Shown: positions 22,201 through 31,500 of the stretch, in pieces
Position numbering within the stretch: position 1 is the stretch's first letter
How the letters are laid out: each line of letters starts with the position of its first letter
Assembly (NCBI RefSeq): GCF_009834535.1
Contig: NC_045697.1
Location: forward strand, 2,110,001 to 2,174,000
DNA: 64,000 bases
From: Camelus ferus
Taxonomy: Eukaryota
Direction: 5' to 3'
The notes under the pieces: generated by a model
What the model was told of the DNA's origin: nothing
The model's input: only the letters and a program-made list of their open reading frames with translations
Databases searched by the model: none
Position numbers and translations under genes: made by a program

Positions 22201-25200
22201 GTTCTGACTACTCCATCCTCCTGGCCACTCAGGCCAACGGCCCTGGGTCTCCTGCTGCCCATCCATCCTCTGTCCATCCCCCTCTTCTGTCTTCCCCACA
22301 CGCCTCGCCGTTGGTCTGCTCCACCTGATCTCTGGGCCCCTCAGAGTGGAAGCCACGGGCCACCAGTGGCTGGCAGCGTGACCTTCCAGCCCCCCACCCC
22401 TCATCCCCACCTGCAAGCCTGCACTCAGAGAGGCCCCAGGACATCCAAGTTGCAGCCCACCCCTTGTGTGCTGGAGTCCTGGGCCCCAGTAGGTGCTCAG
22501 GACCGATCTGCTGCATGAGGAGGGGTTCAGCATAGTCTGAGCTGGAGACCGAATGGCGGGAGACCTCGTGCGTGTCACGAGCAGGAACAGGACTTTGGTC
22601 GGGCCGTCCTCAAGCTTTCTCAGGGGGACCCAGTCAGTCTCCATGGAGGCAGGCAGAGTGAGATGGGGGACCCAGGGCCAGCAGAGGCCTTGGGATGGCC
22701 CAGAAGGGCTGGAGGCTGAGGCTAGACTGTGGCTCTCTCTGGGGGCAGGAGGGACCGTGGGGCTGAGGCTGGATCCTGAGAGAGAGCCAGGGGTGGCCGA
22801 GGGGTCAGGCCATGCCCCCGTCCTGGCTCCTCCACCAGTGCAGCCCTGTACCCTGCTGTCCCCAAGAGGAGGGCCCTGACTTGACCTCCACCTTCTCCCA
22901 ACTTGGAGCCTTTAGGGCCAATCCCCTCAGTAAAGTGAGGTGTCCAGGCTCTTGGGAGGGACCTGTGAGGTCCAGATTATGATGGGGGCTCCAGAGAGTC
23001 GGAACCACAGAATTTGGTCTGCCGGGGGTAGGGTCTGTGGTGTCTTGAGCTCCCCCAAGGGGAGCCCTGGCTGGGTGGACGGCTTCCAAGTGGGTGAGCC
23101 GTCCCCACTGTCCCAGCTGGACTGGACCCTCCTCATCGCATGGGGTGTCTGCAGAGGGCGCCCCTCATTCCCATGGAAACCAGGTTACTAGGTTACAGCG
23201 ACCCCTGGCAGGTGGGCCGTGGGCAAGCGAGCGGGAGAGCTACCGTAACGGCTGCGAAGTGGGCTGAGGGCTCCCCACTGCTCTGCTAACTGGACATGTC
23301 TTTGGGGACACTGGACACTGTGTCAGTGTGGCATGAGGCCCCCAAATCAGCAGGGCAGCCTGAGAGGCGGGTGATGAGGTGCTGGCTCTGGCCTCGCATC
23401 TGGGTGTTGGAGGCACGTGGGACAGAGGATTGGGATAAGCTGGGCCAGGAGCAAAGCTCATGTCTGGGGCAGATGGGGCCCCCTTTGGAGCACCAAGGGG
23501 GGCCTCGGGAGGTGGGGGGAGGGCAGCGGCCCCAGGCAGGCCATGGTACAGAGGCCGTGACACCCGCCTGCTGCACGGGGTTGGGCCCTGCTACTAAGTC
23601 ACCAGCCTGGGGATGCCACTTCCTCAGGAGAGCAAGTGTGGGTGGGCAGGCAGGAAGGGCCTGGACCGCTGCCACCCTCCCTGTGACATGCAGGTCATTA
23701 GCCTGTGGACAAGCCTCCTGTCCCCAGAAGCAGGCGTCCCTCGCCATCCTGAGCCCACTGAGCTGTCCCTGCCTCCTGCAGGCCTCTGTCTTCCCAGGGG
23801 TCCAAAGGGGCAGGACAGGAGAGGGCCGTGACCCTGAACACACGTGGGACTGCAGGCCTCTGAATGCTCCAGACAGATGCCCCAAATGGGGACAAACGAT
23901 TGAGGGGCAAAGCCCTGACTCTCCACATGGCCTGGAATTCAAGCGAAGACCAGCCCCACCCCATCATCTCCTGGGCCTCAGAACCCAGCAACAAGCAGGG
24001 GACAGGGTAGGTCCCGGCAGGCCTTAGCAGGATGTTTGTTGAATGACTAAAGGACTGCCTGGAAGAAGCTTCTAGTCACAGCTGTTTATGTGGACCCTTG
24101 GAACTCAAAAGAGGCAGCTTTTCCTGAAAACCCCTCCCACTGCTCCACAGCCATCGGACCTGCCCAATAGGACACACGTGGCCTGAGCAGCCCTGTGTGA
24201 GGCCCCGGTGCGTACGCGCTGGGGAAGGAAGTGGGTGAGAGGCCCTTCTGCCAGGCCTCGGACAGATTTGGTCCAGTCAGGTCAGAGGGGACCACGGGCC
24301 TCGGCCTGCAGGCTCAGACTCTCCTCAGGGGTGCTGGGGGCCCCGGAGCAGCTCTTGACCCCCTTGGCCGTCCTCGCTTTCGCTTGTAGGCCTCGGACCC
24401 ATGGAGGGAGCAGGGCCTTCACCTCCACCAGCAAGACCAGGCAGCTGACACCCAGGGAGGGGCAGTCAGTGGCAGGACGCCGTGTCCCCGGGGGCCGTGG
24501 TTGGGCTCCCCACAGGCGCCTGAGGGTCCTGGGAGCCAGGCTCACCGAGGACGCCCCCCAGGTACTCTGGGCTCCCGCCCACACCTGGACAGACCAGGGC
24601 CTGGCACCCCGCCCGTGGTCCTAACCCAGGCGGCGCTGTTCTGGGAGTGGCCTGAGGAGCGCACTGAGGGACTAAGGCTGTGGGCACCTGGGGGCTGCAC
24701 CTCTGTCCTCCAGGGGCCCCACCTGGGACCAGAGCAGTGATGGCTCTGGGACAGATGGGCTCCTGGGGGTGGTGGGCAGGGAGGTGACGCTGACCACCCC
24801 AGGATCTAGAAGCTTCCAGGGCAGTTTCAGGCAGCCTGGGAATTCCTGGGGGTGAGGTGGGGGCTTGGAGGCAGAGGCCTGGCCGACCACTGAGGACCTG
24901 GAAGAGGGGCTGGGGTGGAGGAAGGGGCACTTGGCTCGTGGTGTTGGCGGTGGGGCTGGACTGGGTGGAGGAGGGCCTGGGGAGGATTCAGAGGATTCCT
25001 GGGAGGCGGAGGATGTGGGCCCAGGCATCAGGCAGGTGGGCCACTGCACTGGTGGGGTTAAGAGGGCCCTGGGGGGCTGGAGGCCTGGCCCAGGCTCTGC
25101 CTTACCCTGGCCTGGGAGCTACAGCCCTCCAAGGGGCCTGTTAGTGAGGCCTGTGGGTGGAGACCGAGGGGCCTGGTGAGGGCCCTGGTCCTCCCCCCAA

Positions 25201-26281
25201 GCCCAGGAAGTGGTGCCCCCGGAACCTGTCATGACAGAGGGTCTCACACCACTTACCGCCTCTGCAGACAGCCCCCTGTGGAGGAGTGAAGGGGGCCCAG
25301 CTCTGTTCCTGAGCCGCAGTGGGGGTGGGGTGGATGGGCCGCACAGGGCCTGCTGGGCATGGATGAGGTGGGGCTGGGGGGCTCTCGTGAGAAGTTCCCA
25401 CAGCCTGCTCCCAGGTGCCCAAACCCCACCCCAGAGGCAACTGCGTCCCTCTGAGGGATCTGGGACCTCTTATCCCAGCCCCTCCCCCCACCCCCAGGCA
25501 TGGACCCCTCATTCCTGCAACACAGCCCACACCCAGGCGCATAGCCCCCACTCACAGCCCCCGGGAGGGCAGCTCAGTCACCCTGACGCCCCTGGGGAGG
25601 GTCAGGAGGAGGTGGGGTGGCCTCTGGGGCACTGCCGGGGCTCAGGTGCTGGCTCAGTTTTCAGCTCCCCCAAGGGGAGACCTGGCTGGGCAGACGGCGC
25701 CCAAGTTGGTGAGCCATCCCCTCTGTCCCGACTGGACCGGACCCTCCTCGTTGCATGGGGTGTCTGCAGAGGGCGCCCCACTGCTGGGCACACGGTGGGG
25801 CCCAGGAGGGGCCGGCGGCTTGTTTAACCAGAGGCTCAAGGCTGGCAGTCTGCAGACAGCCATGCTGCTGGCCCACCCTCCCCACACGCCTGCGCCAGGC
25901 TGAGGGGCTCAAGGTTGGAGGTTGCCTGCCCCTGGGACGCATTTGGGTGTTTCAGAAACCCCTTGACAGCACCTGTGGGAGGAGAGGGGTGGGCAGGCTT
26001 CCAGAGCCCAGGGTGGGCCAACAGGTGACAGCCTCTCTCTTCTCCCTGTGACAGGAGGTGGGGCCCGAAGCAGCCGAGGCCCCCAGGTCAACTCGATCAT
26101 CGACGTGGACCATGTCACTGGCTCGGCTTCTGGGCTGGGCAGCAGCATTCCAGGGGTACGGATAGGCCCCCGGAGATCACGGGCCAGCAGGGCCTCAGCG
26201 TCAGACCACCCTGGCCTGAGCCCTGTCCGGGGTGGGCCTGCTAAGCCCAAGGCCAGCCCACACCACGCAACCTTCGTCTGA
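4099..26281 (+). CDS. RGS12: Regulator of G-protein signaling 12, 3' portion (5' exons lie upstream of the window): join(4099-4268,4707-4799,5506-5649,6363-6542,6857-7010,8841-8917,10671-10865,11210-11283,11720-11846,13736-13832,15370-15449,15839-15992,17375-17833,26055-26281)
   Basis: Spliced frame is open for about 743 codons. RGS box ([19 protein letters not shown]...[10 protein letters not shown]...[12 protein letters not shown]), tandem RBDs, GoLoco ([22 protein letters not shown]) and C-terminal HHATFV*. All introns are GT-AG and phase-consistent. Confidence 0.97.
4707..4799 (+). CDS. RGS12: RGS12 exon ([31 protein letters not shown])
   Basis: tttttcttag| acceptor; GAG|gtatgt donor; 93 nt. 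Confidence 0.96.
5506..5649 (+). CDS. RGS12: RGS12 exon (LSYRAREIF...KEQQLQ)
   Basis: ggcag| acceptor; CAG|gtgact donor; 144 nt. Confidence 0.96.
5976..6008 (+). repeat. (CAAAA)6 microsatellite
   Basis: Direct reading. Confidence 0.95.
6363..6542 (+). CDS. RGS12: RGS12 exon ([13 protein letters not shown]...STPKK), end of RGS domain
   Basis: ttttcccgcag| acceptor; AAG|gtgccc donor; 180 nt. Confidence 0.95.
6857..7010 (+). CDS. RGS12: RGS12 exon ([14 protein letters not shown]...DRPN)
   Basis: ggcag| acceptor; ACG|gttggt donor; phase 0 to 1. Confidence 0.93.
8841..8917 (+). CDS. RGS12: RGS12 exon ([26 protein letters not shown])
   Basis: tcccttctag| acceptor; CTG|gtgagt donor. Confidence 0.94.
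9520..9620. mobile_element. MLT1-type (ERVL-MaLR) LTR end fragment
   Basis: tgtcagttagctactgctgcctaacaaactaccccaaagctcagcggctaaaaaca. Confidence 0.6.
10671..10865 (+). CDS. RGS12: RGS12 exon, RBD1 (PEACRTL...LVGGDK)
   Basis: ccccccag| acceptor; AAG|gtaagg donor; 195 nt. Confidence 0.94.
11210..11283 (+). CDS. RGS12: RGS12 exon ([24 protein letters not shown])
   Basis: AAG-type acceptor (cccaaag|); TCG|gtaaga donor. Confidence 0.94.
11720..11846 (+). CDS. RGS12: RGS12 exon, RBD2 ([16 protein letters not shown]...VARL)
   Basis: cccaccag| acceptor; CTG|gtgagt donor. Confidence 0.95.
13736..13832 (+). CDS. RGS12: RGS12 exon ([32 protein letters not shown])
   Basis: ctgcctctag| acceptor; AAG|gtgagc donor. 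Confidence 0.95.
15370..15449 (+). CDS. RGS12: RGS12 exon ([13 protein letters not shown]...QSAT)
   Basis: tgttcag| acceptor; ACG|gtaact donor; phase 1 to 0. Confidence 0.9.
15839..15992 (+). CDS. RGS12: RGS12 exon ([17 protein letters not shown]...NLDEAE)
   Basis: tgacgcag| acceptor; AGG|gtaggt donor. Confidence 0.95.
17375..17833 (+). CDS. RGS12: RGS12 penultimate exon with GoLoco motif; if unspliced it reads through to TGA 17866-17868 (short isoform ending [11 protein letters not shown])
   Basis: ttctgtag| acceptor; DQR GoLoco triad; weak donor CAG|gtacct. Confidence 0.94.
17940..17945 (+). terminator. Candidate proximal intronic poly(A) signal of the short RGS12 isoform
   Basis: AATAAA about 70 nt after the read-through stop. 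Confidence 0.45.
19059..19064 (+). terminator. Candidate main poly(A) signal of the short RGS12 isoform (about 1.2 kb 3' UTR)
   Basis: AATAAA with upstream TGTA elements and a T-rich downstream tract, in an AT-rich island. Confidence 0.6.
21249..21428 (-). repeat. About 180-bp inverted duplication, copy 1 (pairs with 23166-23347)
   Basis: About 14 substitutions and one 2-nt indel by hand alignment. Confidence 0.95.
23048..23347 (+). repeat. Composite duplicated block: 23048-23164 is a direct copy of 25663-25779; 23166-23347 is an inverted copy of 21249-21428
   Basis: Hand alignment, about 89% and about 91% identity. Confidence 0.95.
25663..25779 (+). repeat. 117-bp direct duplication (pairs with 23048-23164)
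   Basis: About 13 mismatches in 117, no indels. Confidence 0.95.
26055..26281 (+). CDS. RGS12: RGS12 terminal exon ending in the PDZ-binding motif ATFV
   Basis: Pyrimidine tract plus gacag| acceptor; VNSIIDVD...HHATFV then TGA. Confidence 0.94.
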
Positions 26282-26533
26282 GGCTGCCTGCGGACCTGTC
26301 CCTGAAGGCCACCCCTCCTGCCCCTGCGCCTGAGCTGCCCTGCTGGCCGTACACGTGGAGAACAGGATCCCCTGGGGGCAGCCTACGCCCGCCTGGGCCC
26401 CCTCGGCCACCACGTCTTCGAGAGCCGAACCAGGAGAGGGCGGAGGGGCCCGGGCTCGGACAACCACCAAGGTTGGCCCAGAGGGCCGCTCGGCCCCTGC
26501 CCGCTGCCGCCACTCGGCGTCCGGCCTTCCCTC

Positions 26534-26539
26534 AATAAA
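26534..26539 (+). terminator. Poly(A) signal of the long RGS12 isoform
   Basis: AATAAA about 250 nt after the stop, followed by GTGTCTTT. Confidence 0.85.
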
Positions 26540-28358
26540 GTGTCTTTGAGGACCTGGAGCGTCAGCCTCGTGCTGGAAACTGGGCGCAGACCCCGCCCTT
26601 GGAGAGCCGTGCCCCCGTGGGCGCGTGCACGCATCGGAACAGGGGCGGGGAGAAGAGGGGCTCTGGGTGGTGAAGTCAAAGGTGGCAAAGGAAGAAGGCC
26701 GACCTGACAGGAAAGGCCTAGCCTGCAGGCAGCGGGACGTGGCTCTGCCGGGTCAAGGCCCGGGCTTGCCCACTCGCCCAGTCGCACCGCGTCCCTGCAG
26801 GTCAGTGCAGGCTCTTCTCCCCGGCATGGCTGCCGGTGTGGGCAGGGCTTGCCCCTGGGTCGTCTAGGCCACCCTGCCCTGTCCTTTCGCCCTTGGCCGC
26901 ATTTAGAGGGGTGGTGTGGCAGGGCTTGTCCATGGAGGGACATCTCAGGGGAAACCTGACTGCCCCGCTGGGGAGGGGTGGGGAAGAGCCTCAGCCTGTG
27001 CAAAGGCCCTGAGGCTTGAGCGAGTCAGGAGGGGCCGGGGCGGCAGGCAGGCCAGCGGGCAGGGCCACGGCATGGTGCTGGGTTGTAGCGGACAGAGATG
27101 GCGCTCTGGCCCAGGTGCCACGGTGGAACCCCAACACTAAGAGCTGAGGGCTGCCTGCACGCCTTCCTCCTCTGAGTTGAGGGGCAGTCTTGTCACACAC
27201 GTCAGGCTTCTCGGAGAGGGCCTTCAGCATGAGTGCCCTAGGCCGCAGAGGTTGTTCTGGATGCTTCCGGGGAGCTGTGTGCTGAGCAGGGGCCCAGGGG
27301 AGGTGTCTGAATGGAAGAGAGGGGCCCGGCACCCACTGCGTGCCAAGCTGGGGCCCTGCTCAGCTTCTGCACTCCCTCCCTCTACACAGACGGGGAAATG
27401 GGGGCCCAGAGGGATTGTGCCCAGAGGGATTGTGACCAGTGAGGCAGCTGCAGTGTCCCCGTGCAGGCAGTGGAGCTGACTAGTGGGGGCCCAGGGAACC
27501 CCCACCTCCGTGGCCACTCGGAAATCACAGAAGAGGTTCCCACAACAGCTCTGTCCACAGCCCCTGTCATGAACTCTAGGGCTGGGTCGGGGGATGGCTG
27601 CAGCCATGTCCAGGGGGCAATACCCCATCCCCATTCACAGACGTGTGGAGCAAGGCACATCCAGACCTAGGCAGGACCCCAAGCCAGGCCTCTGCATCCC
27701 TGGGTGGCCCCCAGGTGCCTGGCCAGGGCTCGGGATGGGATGCCGGGCAGAGCGGGACAGATTGAGGGGACGGCACAGGTGGTCCAGGCTGTGACGAGGA
27801 AGCCCAGGGCCATGGGAGTCCTGGGGCCGGGGTTTGGGGAGCAATGGCGGGGGCGGGTACTCCTGGGCACCCCTGAGCTGGGGCAGCAGATGGGGCTCTA
27901 CTCCCATAGGAGGTCCCACCCGGCTCATCCTGGGAGGGGACAGGCAGAAGCACTGTGGAGAAGGCGGCAGAGGTGCCCATCCTAGGGACGTTGTTTGTGA
28001 TACTCAGCCGGTGTACACACCCTCTTCTCTGTGCCTGGCCTTTTGCTGGCCAGGGGCCACTCCATCCTCCAGGCCCGGCCCTCTGAAGGGCTCAGCACCT
28101 GTAGCCGCTCTGGTTGTGAACAATTAGTGGCCAGCCCTGCACCCAGGTGGGGATCAGAAGCTGGGGCTGGGAGTCCAGACCGCTTCCTGCCATGTAACCC
28201 TGGAAGACTTCCTGGAGGAGCCTTCTAAGCTGAGACTCGAGGACACTGTAAGGTTCAGGACCAGCATGGCTGAGGCCAGAGGGGACAGCTAGGTCAGGCA
28301 GGGTGAGCTGGGCAGCAGATGTAGGGGACATGTGGGCCTGGCATGGGAGGCAGCTGGG

Positions 28359-28383
28359 GTTAATCATTTCTAGGTGGCCTTGA
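28359..28383 (+). promoter_or_regulatory. HGFAC proximal promoter: HNF1-like site (28359-28371) next to an NR5A2/LRH-1-type site (28375-28383)
   Basis: GTTAATCATTTCT versus consensus GTTAATNATTAAC; TGGCCTTGA is the reverse complement of TCAAGGCCA; 64-88 nt upstream of the ATG of a liver-expressed gene. Confidence 0.65.
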
Positions 28384-28446
28384 CCCCCACCTGCCCTGGC
28401 CGCTCAGCTTCTGCCTGCTGCTCCTCCCGCCAGTTCAGGAGGAGCC

Positions 28447-28496
28447 ATGGGGAGCTGGGCCTGGGTCCCCAGCCCCTGCCCCCTACCTGGGCTGTC

Positions 28497-28534
<38 letters not shown>

Positions 28535-28563
28535 CTCGCGGGGCTCAGCCCCAGGCGGGCAGG
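28447..28563 (+). CDS. HGFAC: HGFAC exon 1, signal peptide
   Basis: GCCATGG Kozak; poly-Leu; AGG|gtgagc donor. Confidence 0.95.
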
Positions 28564-31500
28564 GTGAGCACCGCCCCGACTGCACTGTGACCATGGGCTC
28601 CCGGGCCCACCCCAGGTCCTAGGGCTGAGGCCCGGGCAGGGGCGTGGAGTGGGTGCAAGCCGGCCAGGGGGCAAGCTGGGCGTGCTGGGCTGGCCTAGGG
28701 GACAGGGGCTGGGGGTACAATTTGCTGGACCTCCACCCAGGGATGTGGGCTGTTCCCCTCTCTCTGGGCCTCTGCTGGGGCCAAGTGTTTGATGTGGGGG
28801 GCAGGGGGCCTCTGAAAGCCTCACAGCTGCTCTTGTCTGTCCCCAGAACAGGCCCCCAGAGTGTGAGCCCGGAGGGCGATGGTGCTGGCCTGGCAGATCC
28901 CAAGTCAGCTCAGTCTGACTCCTTGGACTCTGGGAGGGGCGGGGGCACAGGGCCCAGCTGAGGCCTTGGGACAGCCAGTGTCCCCTGTTCCCTGCTTCAA
29001 GACCTGAGGGCCCCCATATGGAAGCAGAGGCCCGGGGCTGCCATCAGCCCTCTGGCAGGGCCTGAGTGTGCAGGGTGCCCATCCCACACTGACCCCATCA
29101 CAACCTCTCGGCTCTTCCTAGAACCAAACGGAACCCCCAGAACAAAGTACCACAGTGACCCCTGAGACTCCTATCATCCCTGTAACCTCGGGGAACCCCA
29201 GAATCCCAGCCATGAGAGCTCCAAAGGCAGAGGGACCCCATGGTGGGGAGCTTAGCCCGCTGTCCAGGGCAGCCCCCTCCAACAGCAGCCCTGGGGGCAC
29301 AGGTGGGTCAGGAGGGCTTCCTGGAGGAGGTGGCAGGCTACACCTAGATGCGGGGGAGGGTTTCTGGAGGAACATGGGCAGCCCCTGGGGAGTGGGGCAT
29401 GTGATGGGGGTCAGGCAGTGCCCAGCGCAGGAGCCCTTGACCCCTGTGCCTTCCCAGCAGTGCTCACCGAGGCCGGGCAGCCCTGCAGGTTCCCCTTCCG
29501 CTACGGCGGCCGCATGCTCCACTCCTGCACTTCGGAGGGAAGTGCCCACAGGAAGTGGTGGGTCCTGGTCCTCCGCCCTGTGTCCACCCTGGAGACCCTC
29601 CCCCCTCTGCCCTCCCTATTCCAGACCAAGCCTGGCACACAGCAGGTGTCGTGAATGAATGAATGAATGAATGAACGGGAGAGAGCTCCAGAGTTGTCAG
29701 AGGGGTGCCCTGTGTGAGTCGGGTTTGGAATGGACAGGTCTCTGGCCTGGGACCCCCACATCATGGCACGCACCACCCCCAGGTGTGCCACGACTCACAA
29801 CTATGACCGGGACAGGGCCTGGGGCTATTGTGTGCAGACCTCCACTCCGCGGGAGGGCCCAGGTGGGTGCCCCGGGGTATGGGGCCTGAGCCCAGGCTAC
29901 AAGGGGGCTGGGCCTGGCGGGGCTGAGCTTGTGGGGGCATCAGAGCTGACTGGGGCAGGTGGGGGGGATCCTGCCTGGAATACAGGAGGGGACTTCAGGG
30001 TTGATCCTACTGCAGGCCTCGGGGGCTGGAGGAGTCATCAGCCTGGGGGACTGCAGCAGAGGGAAACACCACCCCCCTCACCCCGCCCAAGGACCCTGCC
30101 CTCTCCAGGGGCCCTACAGCTAGCTGCTTTGGCCATTGCTGGGTCCAAGGTGCCCCCTGGTGGTCAAGCTGGGCCCTGTGGCCACATGGGAAGAGCCCTG
30201 GACAAGGGAAGGGCCTGGTGGTTTGCAGAGTGTAGTGCTGGCAGCCCTGCTTATAGGGGTCCCAGGGCACTCAGAAGGGACCCTGCTGCCTGCTGGGGGG
30301 GGGGGGGTCGGGCTTTCAGGGTGCCTGGTGCTGAGCCAGAGGCCCACTTGCCCCAGGGTCTGAGTGCTGGGCAGGGCTTGTGGCGAGGAGGGGGAGGTCT
30401 GTGTGCCCTCCCAGAGCACGCACATCCCAAGGAACCCAGAAGGGGCAGCTTTAAGGCAGCAGGCTCGACGGCAGGACTGTGGGCCCACGGCAAGCAGGGG
30501 GAGTCACAGTGTGGGGTTGGGGCACGAAGACTGCCTGGGCTCTCAGACGCACCCCTCCCTCCTGCGTGTCCCCAGCTACCCTGGACCCCTGTGCCTCTGG
30601 TCCCTGTCTTAATGGGGGCTTGTGCTCGAGCACCCAGGGCCCTGAGTCGTACCACTGCACCTGCCCTGTGGCCTTCACGGGCAAGGACTGTGGCACCGGT
30701 GAGTGGGGCCGCAGGACTACGGGGCTGCAGGGCAGGAGGGCACTGCCCCACGCCGGGAGCAGGGACTCACTGTGCCACCCCCAGAGAAATGCTTTGATGA
30801 GAGCCACTATGAGTACCTGGAGGAAGGCAATCGCTGGGCCCGCGTGCACCAGGGCCGAGTGGAACAGTGCACATGCGTGGGGGGCCAGGTTCGGTGCGAG
30901 GGCTCCCGCCACACAGGTACGCGTGGCTTGGGTAGGGCGGGGCAACGTCACTGACCCTCCCAACCCAGGGGAAGGGGCTGGTCCAGGGTCACCCGGTGAT
31001 GGGCACCAGGGGTCGGAACTGGGTGCTGACCCCACCCCTTGAGGCCCAAGGCCTAGCTTCTGAGCCCTGCCCCAGCTTGCCTGAGCAGCCCATGCCTGAA
31101 TGGGGGCACCTGCCACCTGATTGTGGCCACCGGGACCACCGTGTGTGCCTGCCCCCCGGGCCACACCGGGCGGCTCTGTGACATTGGTGAGTCGCTCAGC
31201 CTTTGGAGCTGCGTGGGCCGGCCTCCGGGCCTGCGTCTGGGGCCCAGGCTCACTGCATGCGGTCCCGCCCCCAGAGCCCGCCCAGCACTGCTTCCGAGGG
31301 AGCGGCACCGACTACCGAGGCGTGGCAGGCACGGCAGCCTCGGGCCTCAGCTGCCTGGCCTGGAACTCCGACCTGCTCTACCAGGAGCTGCACGCGGACT
31401 CCGTGGGCGCCGCGGCCCTGCTCGGCCTGGGTCCCCACGCTTACTGCCGGTCAGCACCGGCCCAGCCCGCTCTAGGCCACCTCCTCCAGGGCGGGCAGGG

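Noticed and set aside
21403..22644. 413-aa minus-strand ORF antisense to an RGS12 intron
   Set aside because: Gly/Pro/Arg/Trp-rich with no domain; long ORFs are expected by chance in DNA this GC-rich; it overlaps the local duplication edge
26540..28440. ChREBP response element upstream of HGFAC
   Set aside because: No convincing pair of E-boxes spaced by 5 nt found by eye
29730..30797. 355-aa plus-strand ORF
   Set aside because: HGFAC exon 4 frame running into a stop-poor intron; only 29783-29862 is coding in that frame
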